Virus record (IMG/VR): IMGVR_UViG_2671180275_000010
Origin: a virus
Lineage: Duplodnaviria > Heunggongvirae > Uroviricota > Caudoviricetes
DNA: 42,548 nt
Strand: one strand, 5' to 3'
The position numbers were made by a program, and so were the translations under genes. Under the pieces are notes generated by a model that was not told where the DNA came from, ran no database searches, and saw only the letters and a program-made list of their open reading frames with translations. Below, one piece after another: positions 35,381-42,548 of this stretch. Numbering within the stretch: position 1 is the stretch's first letter; every line of letters starts with the position of its first letter.

Positions 35381-37934
35381 TCTTGTTATTGACCTGAGTC
35401 TGGATGCGGCCCGTTTCGATGAGCAGATGAGCCGGGTAAGGCGTCATTTTTCAGGACTGGATACCGACGCCAGAAAAACCGCCGGTGCCGTTGAGCAGAG
35501 TCTGAACCGTCAGGCGCTGGCCGCACAAAAAGCCGGGATTTCCGTCGGGCAGTATAAAGCAGCCATGCGTACCCTGCCCGCACAGTTTACGGATATCGCC
35601 ACGCAGCTTGCCGGTGGTCAGAATCCCTGGCTCATCCTGCTGCAACAGGGCGGTCAGGTGAAGGACTCCTTCGGCGGGATGATCCCCATGTTCAGGGGGC
35701 TTGCCGGTGCGATCACCCTGCCGATGGTCGGGGTCACCTCGCTGGCGGTGGCGACAGGTGCGCTGGCGTACGCCTGGTACCAGGGGGATTCCACGCTTTC
35801 AGAATTTAATAAAACGCTGGTCCTTTCCGGCAATCAGGCCGGACTGACTGCCGATCGTATGCTGACGCTCTCAAGAGCCGGGCAGGCAGCAGGGCTGACG
35901 TTTAACCAGGCGGGAGAGTCACTGGCAGCCCTGGTGAATGCCGGTGTGCGTGGTGGTGAACAGTTTGATGCCATTAACCAGAGTGTCGCGCGTTTTGCGT
36001 CTGCATCCGGTGTGGAGGTGGATAAAGTCGCTGAAGCCTTCGGGAAGCTGACCACTGACCCGACGTCGGGACTGATGGCGATGGCGCGCCAGTTCCGTAA
36101 CGTGACGGCAGAGCAGATTGCGTATGTTGCACAACTGCAGCGTTCCGGAGACGAGGCCGGGGCCTTACAGGCGGCGAACGATATCGCCACGAAAGGCTTT
36201 GATGAGCAGACCCGTCGCCTGAAAGAAAACATGGGAACACTGGAGACCTGGGCGGATAAAACAGGGAAGGCATTCAAATCGATGTGGGATGCCATTCTGG
36301 ATATCGGTCGTCCGGAATCCTCAGCGGATATGCTCGCCAGTGCGCAGAAGGCATTTGATGAGGCGGATAAAAAATGGCAGTGGTACCAGAGCCGGAGCCA
36401 GCGCCGCGGTAAAACCTCCTCTTTCCGGGCCAACCTTCAGGGCGCATGGGATGACCGGGAAAATGCCCGTCTGGGTCTGGCAGCGGCAACGCTGCAGTCG
36501 GATATGGAAAAAGCCGGTGAACTGGCGGCAAGGGACAGGGCTGAGCGTGAGTCGTCACAGCTGAAGTATACCGGAGAGGCGCAGAAGGCGTATGAGCGCC
36601 TGCTGACGCCACTGGAGAAATATACCGCCCGGCAGGAAGAGCTGAATAAGGCCCTGAAAGACGGGAAAATCCTGCAGGCGGATTACAACACGCTGATGGC
36701 GTCGGCAAAAAAGGATTATGAGTCGACGCAGAAAAAGCCGTCCGGTGTGAAGGTGTCTGCCGGTGAGCGCCAGGAAGACCGGGCGCATGCAGCCATGCTG
36801 ACGCTTCAGGCAGAACTCCGGACGCTGGAAAAGCATGCCGGTGCGAATGAAAAAATCAGCCAGCAGCGCCGGGATTTATGGAAAGCGGAAAATCAGTATG
36901 TGGTCCTGAAAGAGGCCGCCACGAAACGGCAGTTATCTGAGCAGGAAAAATCCCTGCTGGCCCATGAGAAAGAGACGCTGGAGTACAAACGCCAGCTGGC
37001 TGACCTGGGCGACAAGGTTGAACACCAGAAACGGCTGAATGAGCTGGCACAGCAGGCGGCGCGGTTTGAACAGCAGCAGAGCGCGAAGCAGGCCGCCATC
37101 AGCGCAAAAGCCCGCGGCCTCACCGACCGTCAGGCGCAGCGGGAGTCGGAAGAGCAGCGCCTTCGTGACGTGTACGGTGATAATCCGGATGCGCTGGCGA
37201 AGGCCACATCTGCACTGAAGAACACCTGGTCTGCGGAGGAGCAGCTTCGTGGAAGCTGGATGGCGGGTCTGAAGTCCGGCTGGGGCGAGTGGGCGGAAAG
37301 TGCGACGGACAGTTTTTCGCAGGTTAAAAGCGCGGCCACGCAGACCTTTGACGGTATTGCACAGAATCTGGCAGCGATGCTGACCGGCAGCGAACAGAAC
37401 TGGCGTGGTTTCACCCGTTCCGTGCTCTCCATGCTGACAGAGATTTTTCTGAAGCAGGCGATGGTGGGGATTGTCGGGCGTATCGGCAGCGCCATTGGTG
37501 GTGCTTTCGGTGGTGGCGCATCCGCTTCCACGGGGACGGCCATTCAGGCTGCGGCGGCGAACTTCCATTTCGCGACCGGGGGATTTACGGGAACCGGTGG
37601 CAAATATGAGCCAGCAGGGATTGTCCACCGCGGGGAGTTTGTCTTCACGAAGGAGGCAACCAGCCGGATTGGTGTCGGGAACCTGTACCGCCTGATGCGG
37701 GGCTATGCGGAAGGGGGGTATGTGGGTGCTGCCGGAAGTCCGGCGCAGATGCGGCGGGCCGAAGGCATTAATTTTAATCAGAACAATCACGTGGTGATTC
37801 AGAACGACGGCATCAACGGACAGGCCGGGCCGCAGCTGATGAAAGCGGTGTATGAGATGGCCCGTAAAGGTGCGCAGGATGAGCTCCGGCTGCAGTTGCG
37901 TGATGGCGGTCTGTTATCGGGGAGCGGGCGATGA
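35361..37934 (+). CDS. H: Tail tape measure protein H
   Basis: 857 aa; extensive similarity to lambda gpH (e.g. DLVIDLSLDAARFDEQMSRVRRHFSG, GIVHRGEFVFTKEATSRIGVGNLYRLMRGYA). Confidence 0.95.
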   Translation: MSQPVGDLVIDLSLDAARFDEQMSRVRRHFSGLDTDARKTAGAVEQSLNRQALAAQKAGISVGQYKAAMRTLPAQFTDIATQLAGGQNPWLILLQQGGQVKDSFGGMIPMFRGLAGAITLPMVGVTSLAVATGALAYAWYQGDSTLSEFNKTLVLSGNQAGLTADRMLTLSRAGQAAGLTFNQAGESLAALVNAGVRGGEQFDAINQSVARFASASGVEVDKVAEAFGKLTTDPTSGLMAMARQFRNVTAEQIAYVAQLQRSGDEAGALQAANDIATKGFDEQTRRLKENMGTLETWADKTGKAFKSMWDAILDIGRPESSADMLASAQKAFDEADKKWQWYQSRSQRRGKTSSFRANLQGAWDDRENARLGLAAATLQSDMEKAGELAARDRAERESSQLKYTGEAQKAYERLLTPLEKYTARQEELNKALKDGKILQADYNTLMASAKKDYESTQKKPSGVKVSAGERQEDRAHAAMLTLQAELRTLEKHAGANEKISQQRRDLWKAENQYVVLKEAATKRQLSEQEKSLLAHEKETLEYKRQLADLGDKVEHQKRLNELAQQAARFEQQQSAKQAAISAKARGLTDRQAQRESEEQRLRDVYGDNPDALAKATSALKNTWSAEEQLRGSWMAGLKSGWGEWAESATDSFSQVKSAATQTFDGIAQNLAAMLTGSEQNWRGFTRSVLSMLTEIFLKQAMVGIVGRIGSAIGGAFGGGASASTGTAIQAAAANFHFATGGFTGTGGKYEPAGIVHRGEFVFTKEATSRIGVGNLYRLMRGYAEGGYVGAAGSPAQMRRAEGINFNQNNHVVIQNDGINGQAGPQLMKAVYEMARKGAQDELRLQLRDGGLLSGSGR

Positions 37935-38260
37935 AAACCTTTCGCTGGAAAGTGAAACCGGATATGGAGGTGAACTCGCAGCCATCGGTGCGTGAAGTGC
38001 GTTTTGGTGACGGGTACTCACAGCGTATGGCGGCAGGGCTGAATGCTGACCTGAAAACATACCGGGTGATGCTTTCCGTGACCCGGGAGGAGGCCCGTCA
38101 TCTGGAAGCGTTCCTGGCAGAGCACGGTGGCTGGAAGGCATTTTTGTGGAAGCCACCCTATGCATACCGGCAGATAAAGGTGACCTGTGCCGGGTGGTCT
38201 GCGCGGGTCGGGATGTTGCGCGTTGAGTTCAGCGCGGAGTTTAAGCAGGTGGTGAACTGA
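37931..38260 (+). CDS. M: Minor tail protein M
   Basis: 109 aa; lambda gpM position. Confidence 0.9.
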   Translation: MKTFRWKVKPDMEVNSQPSVREVRFGDGYSQRMAAGLNADLKTYRVMLSVTREEARHLEAFLAEHGGWKAFLWKPPYAYRQIKVTCAGWSARVGMLRVEFSAEFKQVVN

Positions 38261-38958
38261 TGCAGGATATTCACGAAGAAAGTCTGAACGAGTCGGTTAA
38301 ATCAGAGCAGTCACCGCGGGTGGTGCTCTGGGAAATCGACCTGACGGTGCAGGGCGGTGAGCGGTATTTTTTCTGCAATGAGCTGAATGAAAAAGGGGAG
38401 CCGGTGACCTGGCAGGGGCGTGAATATCAGGCGTACCCGATTGAGGGCAGCGGCTTTGAGATGAACGGAAAGGGCAGCAGTGCCCGCCCGTCGCTGACGG
38501 TGTCCAATCTTTTCAGCCTTGTCACCGGGATGGCGGAGGATTTGCAGAGCCTGGTGGGTGCCACGGTGGTCCGCCGCCGGGTGTATGCGCGTTTTCTTGA
38601 TGCGGTGAACTTTGTGGCGGGGAATCCGGAGGCAGACCCGGAGCAGGAGCTGACGGACCGGTGGGTGGTGGAGCAGTTATCAGCGCTGACGGCCATGACG
38701 GCCTCGTTTGTGCTGGCGACACCGACGGAGACGGACGGTGCGCTGTTTCCCGGTCGCATCATGCTGGCGAACACCTGTATGTGGGATTACCGGGGCGATG
38801 AATGCGGGTATAACGGTCCGGCAGTGGCGGATGAGTTCGACAACCCCACCACGGATATCCGGAAGGACAGATGCAGTAAATGCATGCGCGGGTGTGAGAT
38901 GCGCGGCATGGTGGCTAATTTCGGCGGTTTCCTTTCCATTAATAAACTTTCGCAGTAA
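38260..38958 (+). CDS. L: Minor tail protein L
   Basis: 232 aa; C-terminal Cys cluster as in lambda gpL. Confidence 0.9.
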   Translation: MQDIHEESLNESVKSEQSPRVVLWEIDLTVQGGERYFFCNELNEKGEPVTWQGREYQAYPIEGSGFEMNGKGSSARPSLTVSNLFSLVTGMAEDLQSLVGATVVRRRVYARFLDAVNFVAGNPEADPEQELTDRWVVEQLSALTAMTASFVLATPTETDGALFPGRIMLANTCMWDYRGDECGYNGPAVADEFDNPTTDIRKDRCSKCMRGCEMRGMVANFGGFLSINKLSQ

Positions 38959-38968
38959 ATCCCGTTTT

Positions 38969-39712
38969 ATGACACAGACTGAATCAGCGATTCTGGCGCA
39001 TGCCCGGCGGTGTGCGCCAGCGGAGTCGTGCGGCTTCGTGATAAGCACCCCGGAGGGCGAACGGTACCAGCCCTGCGTGAATATCTCCGCAGAGCCGGAG
39101 GCGTATTTTCGTATTGCACCGGAAGACTGGCTGCGGGCAGAGATGCAGGGGGAGATTGTGGCACTGGTCCACAGTCATCCCGGTGGTCTGCCCTGGCTGA
39201 GCGAGGCTGACCGGCGGCTGCAGATAAAAAGCGCACTGCCCTGGTGGCTGGTCAGCCGGGGTGACATTCACAAATTCCGCTGTGTGCCACATCTGACAGG
39301 ACGGCGCTTTGAGCACGGGGTGACGGACTGTTACACGCTGTTCCGGGATGCCTACCATCTGGCGGGAATTGATATGCCGGATTTTCATCGCGAGGATGAC
39401 TGGTGGCGCAACGGCCAGAACCTGTACCTGGACAATATGGAGGGAACGGGCTTTTACCGGGTGCCCCTGTCCTCTGCACAGGCGGGCGATATTCTGCTGT
39501 GCTGCTTTGGTGCTTCGGTACCGAACCATGCCGCCATTTACTGTGGCAACGGTGAGCTGCTTCACCATCTGCCTGAACAACTGAGTAAACGGGAGAGGTA
39601 TTCCGAAAAATGGCAACGACGAACGCATTCTGTCTGGCGTCACCGCCACTGGCACGCATCTGCCTTCACGGGGATTTACAACGATTTGGCCGCCGCCTCA
39701 GCCTGTATGTGA
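38969..39712 (+). CDS. K: Tail assembly protein K (JAB/MPN + NlpC/P60-like)
   Basis: Start at Met88 of track ORF (MTQTESAILAHARRCAP...) matching the lambda gpK N-terminus; HSHPGG motif. Confidence 0.85.
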   Translation: MTQTESAILAHARRCAPAESCGFVISTPEGERYQPCVNISAEPEAYFRIAPEDWLRAEMQGEIVALVHSHPGGLPWLSEADRRLQIKSALPWWLVSRGDIHKFRCVPHLTGRRFEHGVTDCYTLFRDAYHLAGIDMPDFHREDDWWRNGQNLYLDNMEGTGFYRVPLSSAQAGDILLCCFGASVPNHAAIYCGNGELLHHLPEQLSKRERYSEKWQRRTHSVWRHRHWHASAFTGIYNDLAAASACM

Positions 39713-40290
39713 ACACGGCAGCGGAAGCCATCCGGGCGCTGTCGTTACAGGTGCCCGGATTCCGCCGTCAGATGAACGAAGGCTGGTACCAGATACGCAT
39801 TGCCGGTGAGGATACGGCACCGGAGGCGGTGTATGCCCGCCTTCACGAACCACTGGGTGAGGGAACGGTTATCCATATTGTGCCGCGACTGGCCGGGGCC
39901 GGAAAGGGCGGACTACAGATTGTGCTGGGGGCAGCTGCCATTGTGGGGTCTTTCTTCACGGCCGGAGCATCAATGGCGTTATGGGGTTCAGCCCTGGCAG
40001 TCGGTGGTTTTTCTGCCACCACGATGCTGTTTTCACTGGGTGCCAGTATGATTCTGGGCGGTGTGGCCCAGATGCTGGCCCCGAAGGCAAAAACACCGGA
40101 TTACCGCGCAACGGATAACGGCAGACAGAACACGTACTTTTCGTCACTGGACAACATGATTGCCCAGGGTAACCCGATGCCGGTGCCTTACGGGGAAATG
40201 CTGGTTGGCTCCCGCCGTATATCCCAGGACATCAGTACCCGTGATGAAGGCGGGGGCGGGAAAGTGGTGGTTATCGGACGGCAGGGGTAA
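39610..40290 (+). CDS. I: Tail assembly protein I
   Basis: 226 aa; N-terminus ...ARICLHGDLQRFGRR... and Gly/Ala-rich hydrophobic centre as in lambda gpI; overlaps the 3' end of K. Confidence 0.85.
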   Translation: MATTNAFCLASPPLARICLHGDLQRFGRRLSLYVNTAAEAIRALSLQVPGFRRQMNEGWYQIRIAGEDTAPEAVYARLHEPLGEGTVIHIVPRLAGAGKGGLQIVLGAAAIVGSFFTAGASMALWGSALAVGGFSATTMLFSLGASMILGGVAQMLAPKAKTPDYRATDNGRQNTYFSSLDNMIAQGNPMPVPYGEMLVGSRRISQDISTRDEGGGGKVVVIGRQG

Positions 40291-40331
40291 AAAGAATAAA
40301 AAAATCCCGCAGTGATCGCGGAGCTGCGGGA
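40291..40331 (-). terminator. Minus-strand terminator-like hairpin between I and J
   Basis: TCCCGCAG ... CTGCGGGA stem preceded on the plus strand by an A-run (U-run on the minus strand). Confidence 0.4.
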
Positions 40332-40373
40332 GATTCAGACAAATGAAGATTAGTGTTAAGGAGTTGTTTTTTT

Positions 40374-40469
40374 ATGTCACGGCAAAAAAACACTAACGCA
40401 GCGAAATTATACGCGCCACAGTCAGTTTGTGAAAATGTGAAGATATTCAGAATTTTTATTCCGTCATGA
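40374..40469 (+). CDS. Possible 31-aa small ORF in the I-J intergenic insert
   Basis: ATG about 10 nt after AAGGAG; followed by a strong terminator; could instead be part of a small RNA. Confidence 0.2.
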   Translation: MSRQKNTNAAKLYAPQSVCENVKIFRIFIPS

Positions 40470-40473
40470 TGCA

Positions 40474-40503
40474 GGCACCCTCCGGGGTGCCTGTTGTTTT
40501 TAT
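40474..40503 (+). terminator. Intrinsic terminator (GGCACCC-TCCG-GGGTGCC + TGTTGTTTTTAT) just upstream of J
   Basis: Perfect 7-bp GC-rich stem, tetraloop and T-rich tail. Confidence 0.55.
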
Positions 40504-40544
40504 ACATCAACAGTGTCCGGCAGCGGACGGTGAAGGGGGATTCT

Positions 40545-42548
40545 GTGGGCAAAGGCGGCGGCAAGGCGCACACACCTCGTGAGGCGAAGGATAATCTCAA
40601 ATCCACGCAGATGATGAGCGTGATTGATGCCATTGGTGAGGGACCGGTGGAAGGTCCGGTGAAGGGACTGCAGAGTATTCTGGTGAACAAAACCCCGCTG
40701 ACGGACACGGACGGTAATCCCGTGATACACGGTGTGACCGCCGTCTGGCGTGCCGGGGAGCAGGAGCAGACACCACCGGAAGGCTTTGAGTCCTCCGGAG
40801 CTGAAACTGTACTGGGTGTGGAAGTGACGAAGGCAAAACCGGTGACGCGCACCATTACGTCAGCGAACATTGACCGCCTGCGGGTGACCTTCGGGGTGCA
40901 GTCACTGGTGGAGACCACCTCAAAGGGTGACCGTAACCCGACGTCTGTCCGCCTGCTGATTCAGCTTGAGCGTGGTGGTAAATGGATGACGGAAAAGGAT
41001 GTCACCATTAACGGCAAGACCACCTCGCAGTTCCTGGCGTCGGTGATTCTGGATAATCTGCCGCCCCGGCCCTTTAACATCCGGATGGTCCGGGAGACGG
41101 CGGACAGCACCACGGACCAGCTGCAGAATAAGACGCTGTGGTCGTCATACACCGAAATCATCGATGTGAAACAGTGCTACCCGAACACGGCCATTGTGGG
41201 GCTGCAGGTGGATGCGGAGCAGTTCGGCGGCCAGCAGATGACGGTGAACTACCATATCCGCGGTCGCATCATCCAGGTGCCGTCAAACTATGACCCGGAA
41301 AAACGCACGTACAGCGGTATCTGGGACGGCAGTCTGAAACCGGCATACAGCAACAACCCGGCCTGGTGTCTGTGGGACATGCTGACTCACCCGCGCTACG
41401 GGATGGGAAAACGCCTGGGGGCGGCGGATGTGGACAAGTGGGCGCTGTATGCCATCGGGCAGTACTGCGACCAGACGGTCCCGGATGGTTTCGGGGGCAC
41501 AGAGCCGCGGATGACCTTCAATGCGTACCTGGCACAACAGCGTAAGGCATGGGACGTGCTCAGTGATTTCTGCTCGGCGATGCGCTGTATGCCGGTATGG
41601 AACGGCCAGACGCTGACGTTCGTTCAGGACCGCCCGTCGGATGTGGTGTGGCCGTACACCAACAGCGATGTGGTGGTGGATGATAACGGCGTGGGGTTCC
41701 GCTACAGCTTCAGTGCCCTGAAGGACCGGCACACGGCGGTGGAGGTGAATTACACCGACCCGCAGAACGGCTGGCAGACCTCCACGGAACTGGTGGAAGA
41801 CCCGGAAGCCATACTGCGCTACGGACGCAACCTGCTGAAGATGGACGCGTTCGGCTGTACCAGCCGCGGTCAGGCCCACCGTGCCGGGCTGTGGGTGATA
41901 AAGACCGAACTGCTGGAAACGCAGACGGTGGATTTCACACTCGGGTCTCAGGGGCTGCGGCACACACCCGGTGACATTATTGAAATCTGTGATAATGACT
42001 ATGCCGGGACCCTGACCGGCGGACGTGTCCTGTCCATCGATGCTGCCACCCGCACCCTGACGCTGGACCGTGAAGTGACACTTCCGGGGACAGGTGCATC
42101 GACGGTGAACCTGATTAACGGCAGCGGTAAGCCGGTGAGTGTGGACATCACCGCACACCCCGCGCCGGACCGGATACAGGTCAGCCCCCTGCCGGATGGC
42201 GTGGAGACATACGGGGTATGGGGACTGAAAATGCCCGGTCTTCGCCGTCGCCTGTTCCGCTGTGTGGCCATCCGGGAAAACACGGACGGCACCTTTGCCA
42301 TCACGGCAGTGCAGCACGTACCGGAAAAAGAAGCCATTGTGGATAACGGAGCCCGCTTTGAGCCGCAGTCAGGCACCCTGAACAGCGTTATCCCACCGGC
42401 AGTACAGCACCTGACGGTGGAGGTGAGCGCAGCTGACAGCCAGTATCTGGCGCTGGCGAAATGGGACACGCCGAGGGTGGTGAAGGGCGTGCGCTTCAGT
42501 CTGCGCCTGACCAGTGGAAGCGGTGAGAACAGCCGCCTGGTGACCAGC
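40545..42548 (+). CDS. J: Tail tip / host-specificity protein J (5' partial; continues beyond window end)
   Basis: GTG start after AAGGGGG; N-terminus (M)GKGGGKAHTPREAKDNLKSTQMMSVIDAIGEGPVEGPV collinear with lambda gpJ; open frame runs to the last base of the window. Confidence 0.95.
   Translation, partial: MGKGGGKAHTPREAKDNLKSTQMMSVIDAIGEGPVEGPVKGLQSILVNKTPLTDTDGNPVIHGVTAVWRAGEQEQTPPEGFESSGAETVLGVEVTKAKPVTRTITSANIDRLRVTFGVQSLVETTSKGDRNPTSVRLLIQLERGGKWMTEKDVTINGKTTSQFLASVILDNLPPRPFNIRMVRETADSTTDQLQNKTLWSSYTEIIDVKQCYPNTAIVGLQVDAEQFGGQQMTVNYHIRGRIIQVPSNYDPEKRTYSGIWDGSLKPAYSNNPAWCLWDMLTHPRYGMGKRLGAADVDKWALYAIGQYCDQTVPDGFGGTEPRMTFNAYLAQQRKAWDVLSDFCSAMRCMPVWNGQTLTFVQDRPSDVVWPYTNSDVVVDDNGVGFRYSFSALKDRHTAVEVNYTDPQNGWQTSTELVEDPEAILRYGRNLLKMDAFGCTSRGQAHRAGLWVIKTELLETQTVDFTLGSQGLRHTPGDIIEICDNDYAGTLTGGRVLSIDAATRTLTLDREVTLPGTGASTVNLINGSGKPVSVDITAHPAPDRIQVSPLPDGVETYGVWGLKMPGLRRRLFRCVAIRENTDGTFAITAVQHVPEKEAIVDNGARFEPQSGTLNSVIPPAVQHLTVEVSAADSQYLALAKWDTPRVVKGVRFSLRLTSGSGENSRLVTS

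Noticed and set aside
35834-37790. Long minus-strand ORFs inside the tape-measure gene (e.g. 35834..36433, 36933..37790) and inside J (41283..42317)
   Set aside because: Antisense frames within GC-rich, strongly lambda-homologous structural genes; Pro/Arg/Ala-rich artefactual translations

Overview
The window is a nearly complete lambdoid prophage of an enterobacterial (E. coli-type) host, running from the integrase stop codon (pos 1-3) to a truncated tail-tip gene J at the window end. Order: int-xis, a tightly packed leftward early/accessory operon (Ea22-like, PD-(D/E)xK MmcB-like, PAPS-reductase-like PP-loop protein, HD 5'-deoxynucleotidase, yfdP/yfdQ-like genes), immunity region (S24-peptidase CI repressor, Cro, CII/YdaT-like), a translationally coupled replication/nin operon (Rha, replication initiator with in-gene iterons, phage Dam methylase, LexA-DNA-binding-domain-only protein, RusA), a LexA box in front of a KilA-N / DUF968 / QuuD-type Q operon, a terminator-dense late-regulatory region with a duplicated promoter-leader-terminator unit, the NanS-p esterase moron, an S21-type holin / SAR-endolysin / Rz-Rz1 lysis cassette interrupted by inserted genes, cosN, and lambda-like head and tail genes Nu1 to J. 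I found no tRNA, rRNA, CRISPR array or stx genes. The most interesting unexplained cargo is (1) a convergent two-gene insertion between holin and endolysin, (2) a LexA-mimic protein plus SOS box ahead of the KilA-N-to-Q operon, (3) the PAPS-reductase-like/HD-nucleotidase module, (4) a long structured leader with no N-like gene, and (5) a small terminator-flanked insert between tail genes I and J. All calls rest on reading the translations and sequence by eye; no database search was run. Coordinates of hairpins and small ORFs not in the supplied ORF track are approximate (plus or minus a few nt).
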